Shown here in pieces: positions 39,177-53,516 of a stretch of 64,000 nucleotides of DNA (the first letter of the stretch is position 1; the number at the start of each line of letters is the position of its first letter). The notes under the pieces are model-generated. The model was not told the DNA's origin. It made no database searches and saw only the letters and a list, made by a program, of their open reading frames with translations. The DNA is taken from the NCBI RefSeq assembly GCF_058153355.1, contig NZ_CM177019.1; one strand, given 5' to 3'. The position numbers and the translations under genes are program-made.

Positions 39177-39225
39177 GACGCAAGCAGCGTCTGCAAAACT
39201 TTTAGAATCAACGAGAGGATTCACC

Positions 39226-40389
39226 ATGTCTGTAATTAAGATGACCGATCTGGATCTTGCTGGGAAACGTGTATTTATCCGTGCGGATCTGAACGTACCA
39301 GTAAAAGACGGGAAAGTAACCAGCGATGCGCGTATCCGTGCTTCTCTGCCGACCATCGAACTGGCCCTGAAACAAGGCGCAAAAGTGATGGTAACTTCCC
39401 ACCTGGGTCGTCCTACCGAAGGCGAGTACAACGAAGAATTCTCTCTGCTGCCGGTTGTTAACTACCTGAAAGACAAACTGTCTAACCCGGTTCGTCTGGT
39501 TAAAGATTACCTCGACGGCGTTGACGTTGCTGAAGGTGAACTGGTTGTTCTGGAAAACGTTCGCTTCAACAAAGGCGAGAAGAAAGACGACGAAACCCTG
39601 TCCAAAAAATATGCTGCACTGTGTGACGTGTTCGTAATGGACGCATTCGGTACTGCTCACCGCGCGCAGGCTTCTACTCACGGTATCGGTAAATTCGCTG
39701 ATGTTGCGTGCGCAGGCCCGCTGCTGGCAGCTGAACTGGACGCGCTGGGTAAAGCACTGAAAGAACCTGCTCGCCCGATGGTGGCTATCGTTGGTGGTTC
39801 TAAAGTATCTACCAAACTGACCGTTCTGGATTCCCTGTCCAAAATCGCTGACCAGCTGATCGTGGGTGGTGGTATCGCTAACACCTTTATCGCGGCACAA
39901 GGCCACGATGTGGGTAAATCCCTGTACGAAGCTGACCTGGTTGACGAAGCAAAACGTCTGCTGACCACCTGCAACATTCCGGTTCCGTCTGACGTTCGCG
40001 TAGCAACTGAGTTCTCTGAAACTGCACCGGCTACCCTGAAATCTGTTAACGATGTGAAAGCTGACGAGCAGATCCTGGATATCGGCGATGCTTCTGCGCA
40101 GGAACTGGCTGAAATCCTGAAGAATGCGAAAACCATTCTGTGGAACGGCCCGGTTGGCGTGTTCGAATTCCCGAACTTCCGCAAAGGTACTGAAATCGTG
40201 GCTAACGCTATCGCAGACAGCGAAGCGTTCTCCATCGCTGGTGGCGGTGACACTCTGGCAGCAATCGACCTGTTCGGCATTGCTGACAAAATCTCCTACA
40301 TCTCCACTGGCGGCGGCGCATTCCTCGAATTCGTGGAAGGTAAAGTACTGCCTGCAGTAGCGATGCTCGAAGAGCGCGCTAAGAAGTAA
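39226..40389 (+). CDS. pgk: phosphoglycerate kinase (387 aa)
   Basis: ORF 39163-40389. Start is [31 protein letters not shown]. Confidence 0.97.
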
Positions 40390-40452
40390 AAAATCACAGG
40401 GCAGGGAAACCTGCCCTTGTTGCAGCGCGCTTTTAGAGCACGCATTTTTTCA

Positions 40453-40577
40453 TACTCTAAATAATTCGAGTTGCAGGAAGGCGACAAGAGAGTGAATCCC
40501 CAGGAGCTTACATAAGTAAGTGACTGGGGTGAGCGAACGCAGACGCAGCACATGCAACTTGAAGTATGACGAGTATA
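40453..40577. repeat. ERIC/IRU element (125 bp) in the pgk-fbaA spacer
   Basis: Contains gtgaatccccaggagcttacataagtaagtgactggggtgagcg. It is a near-perfect reverse complement of 53763-53887. Confidence 0.9.
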
Positions 40578-40603
40578 AGGCCCGACGATACAGGACAAGA
40601 GAC

Positions 40604-41683
40604 ATGTCTAAGATTTTTGATTTCGTAAAACCTGGCGTAATCACTGGTGATGACGTACAGAAAGTTTTCCAGGTAGCAAAAGAAAACAACTTCGCACTGC
40701 CAGCAGTAAACTGCGTCGGTACTGACTCCATCAACGCCGTACTGGAAACCGCTGCTAAAGTTAAAGCGCCGGTTATCGTTCAGTTCTCCAACGGTGGTGC
40801 TTCCTTTATCGCTGGTAAAGGCGTGAAATCTGACGTTCCGCAGGGTGCTGCTATCCTGGGTGCGATCTCTGGTGCGCATCACGTTCACCAGATGGCTGAA
40901 CACTATGGTGTTCCAGTTATCCTGCACACCGACCACTGCGCGAAAAAACTGCTGCCGTGGATCGACGGTCTGCTGGACGCGGGTGAAAAACACTTCGCAG
41001 CTACCGGTAAGCCGCTGTTCTCTTCTCACATGATCGACCTGTCTGAAGAATCTCTGCAAGAGAACATCGAAATCTGCTCTAAATACCTGGAGCGTATGTC
41101 CAAAATCGGCATGACTCTGGAAATCGAACTGGGTTGCACCGGTGGTGAAGAAGACGGCGTGGACAACAGCCACATGGACGCTTCTGCACTGTACACCCAG
41201 CCGGAAGACGTTGATTACGCATACACCGAGCTGAGCAAAATCAGCCCGCGCTTCACCATCGCAGCGTCCTTCGGTAACGTACACGGCGTATACAAGCCGG
41301 GTAACGTTGTTCTGACTCCGACCATCCTGCGTGACTCTCAGGAATATGTTTCTAAGAAACACAACCTGCCGCACAACAGCCTGAACTTCGTATTCCACGG
41401 CGGTTCCGGTTCTACTGCTCAGGAAATCAAAGACTCCGTAAGCTACGGCGTAGTGAAAATGAACATCGATACCGATACCCAATGGGCAACCTGGGAAGGT
41501 GTTCTGAACTACTACAAAGCGAACGAAGCTTATCTGCAGGGTCAGTTGGGCAACCCGAAAGGCGAAGATCAGCCGAACAAGAAATACTACGATCCGCGCG
41601 TATGGCTGCGTGCCGGTCAGACTTCGATGATCGCTCGTCTGGAAAAAGCATTCCAGGAACTGAACGCGATCGACGTTCTGTAA
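40604..41683 (+). CDS. fbaA: class II fructose-bisphosphate aldolase (359 aa)
   Basis: ORF 40520-41683. Start at ATG 40604: MSKIFDFVKPGVITGDDVQKVFQVAKENNFALPAVN. Confidence 0.97.
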   Translation: MSKIFDFVKPGVITGDDVQKVFQVAKENNFALPAVNCVGTDSINAVLETAAKVKAPVIVQFSNGGASFIAGKGVKSDVPQGAAILGAISGAHHVHQMAEHYGVPVILHTDHCAKKLLPWIDGLLDAGEKHFAATGKPLFSSHMIDLSEESLQENIEICSKYLERMSKIGMTLEIELGCTGGEEDGVDNSHMDASALYTQPEDVDYAYTELSKISPRFTIAASFGNVHGVYKPGNVVLTPTILRDSQEYVSKKHNLPHNSLNFVFHGGSGSTAQEIKDSVSYGVVKMNIDTDTQWATWEGVLNYYKANEAYLQGQLGNPKGEDQPNKKYYDPRVWLRAGQTSMIARLEKAFQELNAIDVL

Positions 41684-41707
41684 GATATTCCTTTCTGCTT
41701 ATCTCAA

Positions 41708-41731
41708 GGCCCGCTCTGCGGGTCTTTTTTT
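41708..41731 (+). terminator. fbaA intrinsic terminator
   Basis: ggcccgc-tct-gcgggtc followed by ttttttt. Confidence 0.8.
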
Positions 41732-41746
41732 CGCCAAAAGAAAAAA

Positions 41747-42996
<1,250 letters not shown>

Positions 42997-43026
42997 CATG
43001 CCTGCAATCTGGGAAACCGGGGTAGA

Positions 43027-43125
<99 letters not shown>

Positions 43126-43155
43126 ATGACAAATCGCACATTGCTATCTGTCTGA

Positions 43156-43178
43156 GGCCCGCTCTGCGGATCTTTTTT
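43156..43178 (+). terminator. terminator-like hairpin, imperfect second copy of the fbaA terminator
   Basis: gaggcccgctctgcggatctttttt; compare with 41706-41731. Confidence 0.5.
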
Positions 43179-43320
43179 CACCAAAAGCAAGGTGATGCAG
43201 ATGAGAAATCTGTGATCTATTTGGCAAAATTATGCTTTATTGTTTACCCTTGTCAGACTGCCCGTCATAAGGCGGCGGAGTGTATTTCTCCATTTTGAGT
43301 CAGTTGAAAAGGAATATTGA

Positions 43321-44181
<861 letters not shown>

Positions 44182-44319
44182 TCAACGCTGAGGCCAGATA
44201 ATACTCTCTGGCCTCTCTCTTATTAGTTTTTCTGATTGCCAATTAATATTATCAATTTCCGCTAATAACAATACCGCGATATAGTCTCTTCATCAGATAC
44301 TTACTTCGGAATATCCAAC

Positions 44320-44955
44320 GTGTTTTCTTATTACTTTCAAGGTCTTGCACTTGGGGCGGCTATGATCCTACCGCTCGGTCCACAAAATGCTTTTGTGATG
44401 AATCAGGGCATACGTCGTCAGTACCACATTATGATTGCCTTACTTTGTGCTATCAGCGATTTGGTCCTGATTTGCGCCGGGATTTTTGGTGGCAGTGCGT
44501 TATTGATGCAGTCGCCGTGGTTGCTTGCGCTGGTCACCTGGGGCGGCGTAGCCTTCTTGCTGTGGTATGGTTTTGGCGCTTTTAAAACCGCAATGAGCAG
44601 TAATATTGAGTTAGCCAGTGCCGAAGTCCTGAAGCAAGGAAGATGGAAAATTATCGCCACCATGCTGGCAGTGACCTGGCTGAATCCGCATGTTTACCTG
44701 GATACTTTTGTGGTGCTGGGTAGCCTTGGTGGGCAGCTTGATGTTGAACCAAAACGTTGGTTTGCGCTCGGGACAATTAGCGCCTCTTTCCTCTGGTTCT
44801 TTGGTCTGGCTCTTCTCGCTGCCTGGCTGGCACCGGGTCTGCGTACGGCAAAAGCACAGCGCATTATCAATCTGGTAGTGGGATGTGTTATGTGGTTTAT
44901 TGCCTTGCAGCTGGCGAGAGACGGTATTGTTCATGCACAAGCCTTGTTCAGTTAG
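44320..44955 (+). CDS. argO: arginine exporter (LysE family)
   Basis: 211-aa ORF with a GTG start: [30 protein letters not shown]... Confidence 0.93.
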   Translation: MFSYYFQGLALGAAMILPLGPQNAFVMNQGIRRQYHIMIALLCAISDLVLICAGIFGGSALLMQSPWLLALVTWGGVAFLLWYGFGAFKTAMSSNIELASAEVLKQGRWKIIATMLAVTWLNPHVYLDTFVVLGSLGGQLDVEPKRWFALGTISASFLWFFGLALLAAWLAPGLRTAKAQRIINLVVGCVMWFIALQLARDGIVHAQALFS

Positions 44956-45047
44956 GCGCTATCTGATGGAAAAATAAAACAGAGGCGCTAAGCTTGCCTC
45001 CAGAGGTCCTGAATTTTGGGCAAGTCAATTAACACGGAGAGACTAAC

Positions 45048-45788
45048 GTGAAGTTCAAAGTTATCGCCCTGGCGGCATTAATGGGTATTAGCGGGATGGC
45101 AGCGCAGGCTAACGAATTGCCGGATGGACCGCATATTGTCACCTCCGGTACGGCAAGCGTGGATGCGGTGCCAGACATTGCCACTCTTGCGATTGAAGTC
45201 AACGTGGCCGCGAAGGATGCCGCTACTGCCAAGAAACAGGCGGATGAGCGCGTCGCACAATACATTTCCTTCCTTGAACTCAATCAGATCGCGAAAAAAG
45301 ATATCAGCTCAGCGAACTTACGCACCCAGCCAGATTATGATTATCAGGATGGTAAAAGTATCCTGAAAGGCTACCGTGCTGTGAGAACGGTGGAAGTCAC
45401 GCTCCGTCAGTTAGACAAACTGAATTCCTTGCTGGATGGTGCGCTGAAGGCGGGTCTTAACGAAATTCGTTCTGTATCGCTGGGCGTGGCGCAGCCGGAT
45501 GCCTATAAAGACAAAGCGCGTAAGGCAGCGATTGATAACGCGTTTCATCAGGCGCAGGAACTGGCGAACGGCTTTCATCGTAAACTAGGGCCGGTATATA
45601 GCGTGCGCTACCATGTTTCCAACTATCAGCCCAGCCCAATGGTGCGGATGATGAAAGCCGATGCCGCGCCGGTCTCAGCCCAGGAAACTTACGAGCAGGC
45701 TGCTATTCAGTTTGATGATCAGGTCGATGTGGTCTTCCAGTTAGAACCTGTGGATCAACAACCCGCTAAAACACCTGCCGCACAATAA
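45048..45788 (+). CDS. yggE: DUF541/SIMPL-family periplasmic oxidative-stress protein
   Basis: 246-aa ORF with a GTG start and signal peptide: MKFKVIALAALMGISGMAAQA. Confidence 0.92.
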   Translation: MKFKVIALAALMGISGMAAQANELPDGPHIVTSGTASVDAVPDIATLAIEVNVAAKDAATAKKQADERVAQYISFLELNQIAKKDISSANLRTQPDYDYQDGKSILKGYRAVRTVEVTLRQLDKLNSLLDGALKAGLNEIRSVSLGVAQPDAYKDKARKAAIDNAFHQAQELANGFHRKLGPVYSVRYHVSNYQPSPMVRMMKADAAPVSAQETYEQAAIQFDDQVDVVFQLEPVDQQPAKTPAAQ

Positions 45789-45955
45789 TACTTGTAGCCC
45801 GACGTATTGGTCGGGCTAATGCCTTTACCCGATATTGCCTCCTTTTTCTGTAATTTTCTGTAAAACCATGACGTAATCACCTATCTTTGCTCGCGGTTTC
45901 ATCAAGGATAGGCTGACTGAAACGGTTAAGCGGACAAGGATGCGGGGGAGCGGGG

Positions 45956-46852
45956 ATGGACATTTTTATTTCGAAAAAGATGCGCAATTTCATTTTATTA
46001 GCGCAAACCAATAATATTGCCCGGGCGGCAGAAAAAATCCATATGACGGCTTCGCCATTTGGCAAAAGCATTGCCGCGCTGGAAGAACAAATTGGCTATA
46101 CGCTATTTACCCGCAAAGATAATAATATCAGCCTCAATAAAGCCGGGCAGGAACTGTATCAAAAACTGTTCCCGGTTTATCAACGGCTTTCTGCGATTGA
46201 TAATGAAATCCATAACTCAGGACGTCGTTCACGAGAAATTGTGATAGGCATAGATAATACTTATCCGACCATTATTTTTGATCAGTTGATTAGTCTCGGA
46301 GATAAGTACGAAGGCGTGACCGCCCAGCCAGTTGAGTTCAGCGAAAACGGCGTTATCGATAATCTTTTTGACCGTCAGTTAGATTTTATAATCTCCCCAC
46401 AGCATGTATCTGCACGAGTTCAGGAACTGGAAAACCTGACTATCAGTGAACTACCACCGCTGCGATTGGGCTTTCTCGTTTCTCGCCGTTATGAAGAGCG
46501 ACAAGAGCAAGAGTTGCTTCAGGAGCTACCCTGGCTACAAATGCGCTTTCAGAACCGGGCCAACTTCGAAGCAATGATTGATGCGAATATGCGTCCTTGT
46601 GGGATCAATCCCACCATTATTTATCGACCTTACAGTTTTATGGCCAAAATCAGCGCCGTGGAGCGCGGACATTTTCTGACGGTGATCCCGCATTTTGCCT
46701 GGCGACTGGTGAATCCGGCAACGCTGAAATATTTTGATGCGCCGCACAGGCCGATGTATATGCAGGAATATCTTTATTCAATCAGAAATCATCGTTATAC
46801 CGCCACGATGCTTCAGCATATTGCTGAAGATCGTGACGGGACGAGTCATTAA
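45956..46852 (+). CDS. ygfI: LysR-family transcriptional regulator
   Basis: 298-aa ORF with an N-terminal wHTH (NNIARAAEKIHMTASPFGKSIAALEEQIG). Confidence 0.88.
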   Translation: MDIFISKKMRNFILLAQTNNIARAAEKIHMTASPFGKSIAALEEQIGYTLFTRKDNNISLNKAGQELYQKLFPVYQRLSAIDNEIHNSGRRSREIVIGIDNTYPTIIFDQLISLGDKYEGVTAQPVEFSENGVIDNLFDRQLDFIISPQHVSARVQELENLTISELPPLRLGFLVSRRYEERQEQELLQELPWLQMRFQNRANFEAMIDANMRPCGINPTIIYRPYSFMAKISAVERGHFLTVIPHFAWRLVNPATLKYFDAPHRPMYMQEYLYSIRNHRYTATMLQHIAEDRDGTSH

Positions 46853-48327
46853 CCCAGCATCGAGCCGGTTGCAATTAAATTACGGTGTAAATCGAAGACG
46901 TGGCTAAGATCGTGGTGAATATGTCCGCCGGGCGCATTTTCCAGATAGCGATGCAGATAATCCCGATACATAGGATGTGCACAATTATCAATGATGGTGC
47001 GGGCGCGTTGAAGCGGGGAAAGACCACGCAGATCGGCGATCCCTTGTTCGGTGATGATCACTTTGACGCTGTGTTCGCTGTGATCAACATGGCTGCACAT
47101 TGGCACGACGGTTGAGATCTTGCCTTCTTTAGCAATCGACGGGGCCATAAAGATCGACAGATACGCGTTGCGTTCAAAATCACCGCTGCCACCGATGCCG
47201 TTCATCAGATCGACCCCGGCTACGTGCGTTGAGTTGGCATGCCCGTAAATATCAAACTCCAGGCCGACGTTCAGAGCGATGACGCCCAGACGACGGATGA
47301 TTTCCGGGTTATTGGAAATCTCCTGCGGACGCAACACAATGCGGCTGGCAAAGTAATCCATATTGTCGTAAATCTTGCGCAGGGAATCGGCCGAGATAGT
47401 CAGGCTGGAGGCGCTGGCCCCGCTGATTTTGCCCGTTTCCAGTAAATGCACCACCGATTCCTGTAGCACTTCCGAATACATCATGAACGGAGGAATTTCC
47501 GGGTTTTCCCCTAGTCGCGCCATGACTGCATTATTGATATTGCCCACGCCACTTTGCAGCGGCAGAAATTCCGGCGGAATACGCCCATGCGCCATTTCCT
47601 GCAACAAGAACGTGACCACGTTATCGGCAATCTGCTGGCACATGGGATTTTGCTTATCCAGCATATTACCGGCGTCGGGCAAGTTGGTTTCCACGACGGC
47701 GACAATCTTTTTCGGATCGATTTGCACATAGCGGGTACCGACGCGATCCATTGCATGGAAGATCGATACGCTATTGCGCCGCGGTGGCGCGCCAGGAATC
47801 ACAATATCCGCCAGTTCTGCAACGCGCGGATCGTGATAGTGATTGAGTTCAATGATCACTTTCTTCGCCCGCAGCAGCCAGGTCGGCGCATTACCGATCC
47901 CGCTGGTTAACCAGACTCGACCATCCGGTGCCAGTGCCGATGCTTCAATGACGGCAACATCAATTTCGCCGAAGAAACCGTAATTGACCATTTGCGCCAC
48001 TTCGCTCAAATGCAGGTCAACGAAACTCACCGCGCCCTGATTGATCTTTTTACGTAAACCGGACGATGTTTGATATGGCGCACGCCAGGAAACAGCATCG
48101 GCGTCAGAAAGTACATCGTCAGCGGCGGCGCTGATTGACGCCCCCGTCAGTAGGCGGATTTGATACGGCTTTTTGGCCTCATGCTGTTCGTTAGCTCTGC
48201 GGGCAATGGCGGTGGGAAGGGCTTTCGGCGAACCCGCCGGGGTAAAGCCGCTAAATGCCACCATGTCGTTATGCTGGATAATTTCTGCCGCTTCATCGGC
48301 GGTCATCCTTGTCCACTGAGTTTCCAT
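46849..48327 (-). CDS. scpC: propionyl-CoA:succinate CoA-transferase
   Basis: 492-aa ORF METQWTRMTADEAAEIIQHNDMVAFSGFTPAGSPK... Confidence 0.93.
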   Translation of the reverse strand: METQWTRMTADEAAEIIQHNDMVAFSGFTPAGSPKALPTAIARRANEQHEAKKPYQIRLLTGASISAAADDVLSDADAVSWRAPYQTSSGLRKKINQGAVSFVDLHLSEVAQMVNYGFFGEIDVAVIEASALAPDGRVWLTSGIGNAPTWLLRAKKVIIELNHYHDPRVAELADIVIPGAPPRRNSVSIFHAMDRVGTRYVQIDPKKIVAVVETNLPDAGNMLDKQNPMCQQIADNVVTFLLQEMAHGRIPPEFLPLQSGVGNINNAVMARLGENPEIPPFMMYSEVLQESVVHLLETGKISGASASSLTISADSLRKIYDNMDYFASRIVLRPQEISNNPEIIRRLGVIALNVGLEFDIYGHANSTHVAGVDLMNGIGGSGDFERNAYLSIFMAPSIAKEGKISTVVPMCSHVDHSEHSVKVIITEQGIADLRGLSPLQRARTIIDNCAHPMYRDYLHRYLENAPGGHIHHDLSHVFDLHRNLIATGSMLG

Positions 48328-48350
48328 TTTTACTCCTTCGTTCGCAGGGA

Positions 48351-49136
48351 TTAATGACCAACGAAATTAGGTTTACGTTTTTCGAGGAAAGCGTTCATCC
48401 CTTCCTGGTAATCTTCGCTGTCATAAACCGCGCGGCGCATCCCCTGAATACGTTCAAATTCATCGGAGTTCATGGTGTGCGCTTCGCCCAGTACACGCAG
48501 TTCTTCTTTGATAACGGCAATGGCTAACGGCGCTTTCTCAGAGATGTGGTGCGCCATTTGTAAGGTGAAATCTTCCAGTTCTTCCACTTCCACAACATGA
48601 TTGAGGATGCCGACAGCCAGCGCGCGCTGGGCTGTGATTGGCGAAGCGGTAAAAATCAGCTCTTTGACAATGTGGAAGCCCGCGTCGCGGGTCAGGTTGT
48701 GAATGCCGACCAGGTTATACGGGACGCCGAGGTTTACAGGCGTCATTGAGAAGGTTGAGGTACTGGCGGCGATGATCAGATCGGAACTCATGATCATTTC
48801 AAATGCTCCCCCCCAAACACTACCTTCCACCATCGAAATGATCGGTTTCGGGAATTTTTGGATCATGCGGGTGATTTGACGCAACGGATCATCATAAGAG
48901 AGCGGATCGCGACCGCCAGACGGAAGTTCGTGAATATCGTGACCTGCGGAGAAGACTTTGGATCCACTCGGCGCGCGCAAAATGATACAGCGAATTTCCG
49001 GCCGGTTGAGATCGCTTAATGCCTGCATAAGATCATCAATAAAGACTTTACTTAAGGCATTAAGTTTTCGGCCATAGTTAAACTCAATGACCGCCACTTT
49101 GTTGATAGTGGCAACGTTCACATGCTGATAAGACAT
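48351..49136 (-). CDS. scpB: methylmalonyl-CoA decarboxylase (crotonase family, 261 aa)
   Basis: ORF 48351-49178. Start is MSYQHVNVATINKVAVIEFNYGRKLNAL. Confidence 0.92.
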   Translation of the reverse strand: MSYQHVNVATINKVAVIEFNYGRKLNALSKVFIDDLMQALSDLNRPEIRCIILRAPSGSKVFSAGHDIHELPSGGRDPLSYDDPLRQITRMIQKFPKPIISMVEGSVWGGAFEMIMSSDLIIAASTSTFSMTPVNLGVPYNLVGIHNLTRDAGFHIVKELIFTASPITAQRALAVGILNHVVEVEELEDFTLQMAHHISEKAPLAIAVIKEELRVLGEAHTMNSDEFERIQGMRRAVYDSEDYQEGMNAFLEKRKPNFVGH

Positions 49137-49146
49137 AAAAATTCCT

Positions 49147-50142
49147 TTAATCAAAATATTGCGTCTGGATAAATTCACTAAGCTGCCGCAGGCCGGTGCG
49201 CGGTGAGAGCGTATTATTTTTGACCGCTAAAAGCGTCTGGCGGTAATAGCGATCGAAATCTTCATTCGCGAACAGGTGATTCAGTACTTCTTCTTCGGTC
49301 TGCTTACGCAGCCATTCCACCGATTGTTGTTGCCGCACTTGCTGTAAACGACCACTGGCAGTTAGCGCGGTTTTGAAGTCGATGATGGCGTGCCAGATCT
49401 CATCGATTCCACGTTTTTCCAGTGCGCTACAAGTCAGAACTCGTGGCTGCCATTCGTCGTATTTACGTCGCAGAATATGCAGGGCACTCTCGTACATATG
49501 CCGGGCAATGGCGACATTGGTATGGTTATCGCCATCGTCTTTGTTGATAACGATCAGATCTGCCACTTCCATCAGTCCCTTTTTAATCCCCTGCAGATCA
49601 TCGCCGCCACCGGCAATTTGCAACGAGATAAAACAGTCCACCATGCGGGCGACTTCCGTTTCCGACTGTCCGACGCCAACCGTTTCGACAATCACTACGT
49701 CATAACCCGCCGCTTCGCATAACAGCATTAATTCCCGCGCTCGCTGACTGGCACCGCCCAGATGGCTGGAGGATGGTACCGGGCGAATAAACGCCGCCTC
49801 GGCACGCGCCAGGTCATTCATGCGGGTTTTATCCCCGAAAATGCTACCGCCAGTGACCGGGCTGCTGGGATCGACCGCAATAACCGCAACCTTTAGTCCC
49901 TCACGAATCAACAACATGCCAAAGGCTCCAAGAAAGGTACTTTTCCCCGCGCCGGGTGTGCCGGTAACACCCAGTCGCAGGGCGTTACCACAGAACGGCA
50001 TAATGGCATCAAGCAGTTGCGTACTTAGCGCCTGATGACGCGGGTGACGGCTTTCCACCAGCGTCATGGCCTGGGCGAGCGTGGCACGCTCACCCTGACG
50101 TAAGCGGCGAATACTTTCTGCCAGCGTGGCTTCATTAATCAT
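49147..50142 (-). CDS. argK: MeaB/ArgK-type G-protein chaperone of methylmalonyl-CoA mutase
   Basis: 331-aa ORF with the P-loop GTPGAGKST. Confidence 0.93.
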   Translation of the reverse strand: MINEATLAESIRRLRQGERATLAQAMTLVESRHPRHQALSTQLLDAIMPFCGNALRLGVTGTPGAGKSTFLGAFGMLLIREGLKVAVIAVDPSSPVTGGSIFGDKTRMNDLARAEAAFIRPVPSSSHLGGASQRARELMLLCEAAGYDVVIVETVGVGQSETEVARMVDCFISLQIAGGGDDLQGIKKGLMEVADLIVINKDDGDNHTNVAIARHMYESALHILRRKYDEWQPRVLTCSALEKRGIDEIWHAIIDFKTALTASGRLQQVRQQQSVEWLRKQTEEEVLNHLFANEDFDRYYRQTLLAVKNNTLSPRTGLRQLSEFIQTQYFD

Positions 50143-52279
50143 GATGCTGGCTTATCAGATTCAGTACGTCGCGCACGCTGTCGAGCATAGGCGTACCTGG
50201 ACCATAAATCGCCGCCACGCCGCGCTCCTGCAGGAAGGCGTAATCCTGCGGTGGAATGACGCCACCCGCGACCACGAAAATATCTTCGCGATTCCATTTC
50301 TTCAGCGCTTCGACCAGTTCCGGGATCAGCGTTTTATGACCGGCAGCCAGTGAAGATGCGCCCACTATGTGAACGTCGTTTTCTACTGCCAGGCGGGCGA
50401 TCTCTTCAGGTGTAGAGAACATCGGGCTTAAATCTACGTCGAAACCGAGATCGGAATAGGCGCTGGCGATCACTTTCGCGCCGCGATCGTGCCCATCCTG
50501 GCCCATTTTGGCGATCAGAATGCGCGGGCGACGACCATTGTCGGCAAGGAACTGCTCCGTTTGCGCAACAATGGCATCGAACTCGGAGGCCGATTTCTCA
50601 GACTGATGATAGCTTTGCGCAATCACGCCGGTAACACACTGGCTTGGCACCAGATAACGGTCGAAAGCGGCTTCCAGCGCATCGGAAATTTCACCCAGGG
50701 TGGCGCGAACGCGAGCGGCATTAACAGCGGCAGCCAGCAGGTTTTCGTTGTGCTGTGCGGCGTGAGTCAGGGCGTTCAACGCGGCGGTTACGGCGGCATC
50801 ATCACGGGTGGCGCGAATGCGTTCCAGCGAAGCAATTTGCTCGTTACGCACCATCACGTTGTCGATCTCAAGTACATCGGTTTCGTCTTCGTGATCCAGT
50901 TTGTACTTGTTGACACCAACGATGACACGCTTGCCCTGGTCGATCAACGACTGTTCGCGCGCGGAGGCCTCTTCGATCATTCGTTTTGGCAGACCTGCTT
51001 CGATCGCTTTCGCCATGCCACCGGCTTCGTCGATCTGTTGGATAATGGCTCTGGCTTGTTTGACGATTTGATCGGTCAGCGATTCAACGTAATAGGATCC
51101 GGCCAGTGGATCGACGGTGCGGCAGAGTTCTGATTCTTCCTGAATGATGATCTGGGTATTGCGGGCAATGCGTGCTGAGAAATCGGTTGGCAAACCCAGC
51201 GCTTCATCAAAGGCGTTGGTATGCAATGACTGAGTACCGCCCAGCGTTGCAGCCAGTGCTTCAATGGTGGTGCGGATAACGTTGTTATACGGATCCTGTT
51301 CAGTCAGGCTCCAGCCTGAGGTCTGGCAGTGGGTACGCAGCGCCAGTGATTTCGGATCCTGTGCGCCAAATCCACTGACCGCTTCGCTCCATAAATAACG
51401 TGCCGCACGCAACATGGCGACGTTCATAAACAGATCCATGCCAATGCCGAAGAAAAACGACAGGCGAGGAGCAAAGTCATCAATTTTCAGCCCAGCGGAG
51501 ATTGCTGCTTTGATGTACTCAATCCCATCAGCGAGCGTAAATGCTACCTGCTGCACGCAGTTGGCACCCGCTTCACCCATATGGTAACCGCTGATACTGA
51601 TGGTATTAAATCGCGGCATGTTGCCGGAACACCAGGCGATGATGTCTGCGATAATACGCATTGACGGTTTTGGCGGGTAAATATAGGTGTTGCGGCAAAG
51701 ATACTCTTTGAGGATATCGTTCTGAATGGTGCCTGTCAGTTTATCGGGTGTAACACCTTGCTCTTCTGCGGCGACAATATAAAACGCCAGTACTGGTAGT
51801 ACTGCGCCATTCATGGTCATCGAAACCGACATTTTATCCAGCGGGATCTGGTCGAACAGGACTTTCATATCTTCCACGGTGTCGATGGCGACGCCCGCTT
51901 TGCCGACGTCACCCGCAACGCGCGGGTTATCGGAGTCGTAGCCACGGTGGGTGGCAAGGTCAAACGCAACGGAAAGACCTTTTTGCCCGGCGGCCAGGTT
52001 ACGGCGATAAAAAGCGTTAGACTCTTTTGCTGTCGAGAAACCGGCATACTGACGGATAGTCCACGGTTGGGCGGTATACATAGTGGCACGCGGGCCACGA
52101 ACGTAGGGTGGCAAACCAGGAAGGGTACCGGTCACTTCCAGATTATCGAGATCGGCTTCAGTATACAGCGGCTTGATGGCGATCCCTTCTGCGGTTTGCT
52201 GAACCAGCGAGTCGACAGTTTTCTCCCGACGGCTCAATTCCTTGTTGGCAAGCTGTTGCCACTCCTGCACGTTAGACAT
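50135..52279 (-). CDS. scpA: cobalamin-dependent methylmalonyl-CoA mutase (714 aa)
   Basis: ORF 50135-52300. Start is [26 protein letters not shown]-terminal B12-binding motif DGHDRGAKV is present. Confidence 0.95.
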   Translation of the reverse strand: MSNVQEWQQLANKELSRREKTVDSLVQQTAEGIAIKPLYTEADLDNLEVTGTLPGLPPYVRGPRATMYTAQPWTIRQYAGFSTAKESNAFYRRNLAAGQKGLSVAFDLATHRGYDSDNPRVAGDVGKAGVAIDTVEDMKVLFDQIPLDKMSVSMTMNGAVLPVLAFYIVAAEEQGVTPDKLTGTIQNDILKEYLCRNTYIYPPKPSMRIIADIIAWCSGNMPRFNTISISGYHMGEAGANCVQQVAFTLADGIEYIKAAISAGLKIDDFAPRLSFFFGIGMDLFMNVAMLRAARYLWSEAVSGFGAQDPKSLALRTHCQTSGWSLTEQDPYNNVIRTTIEALAATLGGTQSLHTNAFDEALGLPTDFSARIARNTQIIIQEESELCRTVDPLAGSYYVESLTDQIVKQARAIIQQIDEAGGMAKAIEAGLPKRMIEEASAREQSLIDQGKRVIVGVNKYKLDHEDETDVLEIDNVMVRNEQIASLERIRATRDDAAVTAALNALTHAAQHNENLLAAAVNAARVRATLGEISDALEAAFDRYLVPSQCVTGVIAQSYHQSEKSASEFDAIVAQTEQFLADNGRRPRILIAKMGQDGHDRGAKVIASAYSDLGFDVDLSPMFSTPEEIARLAVENDVHIVGASSLAAGHKTLIPELVEALKKWNREDIFVVAGGVIPPQDYAFLQERGVAAIYGPGTPMLDSVRDVLNLISQHHD

Positions 52280-52482
52280 TATTTGCTCCATAAAACGCAA
52301 TCAAAATGAGGGTATTTGCGCTTACGGTGAGCTTTTTACGTGGGTTTGTCGCCAGCAAAAAAAATGCATTCAGACGTCGTTTTTTGCCGCCTGAGATTTG
52401 TCTATTTTGTGATGTGATTCAAGGAATACAAAAAGAACTGGAGGTGATGCCTGGTATGTATTACCAGGCATTATTTGATGGA

Positions 52483-53376
52483 TTATTCCTGACGAAGAAC
52501 TTTGTGACCATAATCGAGCAACGCATCAGTGACTTTACGCATCATGCGGCTTTCAGGAGCAAAGCGGTGCCAGTAGAGCATCCGGCGTTGAAATAGCCCT
52601 GGCGTTAAGTCAATCAGTTCGCCGCTGGCCAGTTCTTTCTCGATTTGCAGATGTGGGATCATACAGCAGGTGGTCCCCTGACGAGCAAGTTGCACGAACG
52701 CTTCTGAAGAATTAACGATATGGCAGGGTACGCTGCCTGGAGGCAGATCAAAGTTTTGCTGCAAAAAGGCCTGGTGCATATCATCAAGATGGTCAAAGGC
52801 GACCACTGGCGCTTTCAGTAATGCCGAACGCGTTACGCCGTTAGGGAAATATTTTTCGGCGAACGGTTTTGAGCTGACGAACAGATAGTCGAGCGCACCG
52901 AGCTTATCGACAAGACAACTCGGTAGCGCCTGATGTTGAATACTCACCGCGCCGACCACTTCGCCGCGACGCAGACGTTCCTGAGTGCGGGTTTCATCTT
53001 CTACCTGCAAGTTGAGGCGGATAGGCGAATCAGCTAACACAGGAGCCAGCGCCGGAAGCAACCACGTCGCCAGACTGTCAGCGTTGACCGCCAGTGAAAG
53101 CAGCAGCGGAGTTGAACCGGTTTGTTCATCGCCCAGCCACTCTTCTTCCAGTAACTCCACCTGGCGTAGCAGTGCCAGCAGTTTTTGCCCTTGTTCCGTC
53201 GGGCGCGGCGGTACGGTACGCACCAACAGCGGCTGCCCGAACATATTTTCCAGTTGCTTAATGCGCTGTGAGACGGCTGATTGTGTAATGCACAGCTTTT
53301 GTGCCGCGCGCTCAAATCCTCGTTCACGTATCACCGCATCCAGTGCCTGTAATGTTCTGTAGTCCGGGCGTTTCAT
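52483..53376 (-). CDS. argP: LysR-type regulator ArgP/IciA (297 aa)
   Basis: ORF 52483-53442. Start is [43 protein letters not shown]. Confidence 0.95.
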   Translation of the reverse strand: MKRPDYRTLQALDAVIRERGFERAAQKLCITQSAVSQRIKQLENMFGQPLLVRTVPPRPTEQGQKLLALLRQVELLEEEWLGDEQTGSTPLLLSLAVNADSLATWLLPALAPVLADSPIRLNLQVEDETRTQERLRRGEVVGAVSIQHQALPSCLVDKLGALDYLFVSSKPFAEKYFPNGVTRSALLKAPVVAFDHLDDMHQAFLQQNFDLPPGSVPCHIVNSSEAFVQLARQGTTCCMIPHLQIEKELASGELIDLTPGLFQRRMLYWHRFAPESRMMRKVTDALLDYGHKVLRQE

Positions 53377-53516
53377 TGCTGTTGTCTGCTCCTGGTAAAT
53401 GCTTTTTCCTGCACTATGACACAATTTTGCGTCAGGTTGCATATACCGAAGCCGTCGGCGGGTACATTTGTATCAGTGGTTAAACACGCAGCTTAAAAGA
53501 TCAGGGATTTGCGCTA

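Noticed and set aside
40508-41482. A 324-aa ORF antisense to fbaA. Similar long antisense ORFs lie opposite ansB (6790-7653), pepP (58690-59475), rpiA (53845-54441) and pgk (39208-39906).
   Set aside because: All are shadow ORFs of highly expressed, codon-biased genes, and none has a recognisable domain.
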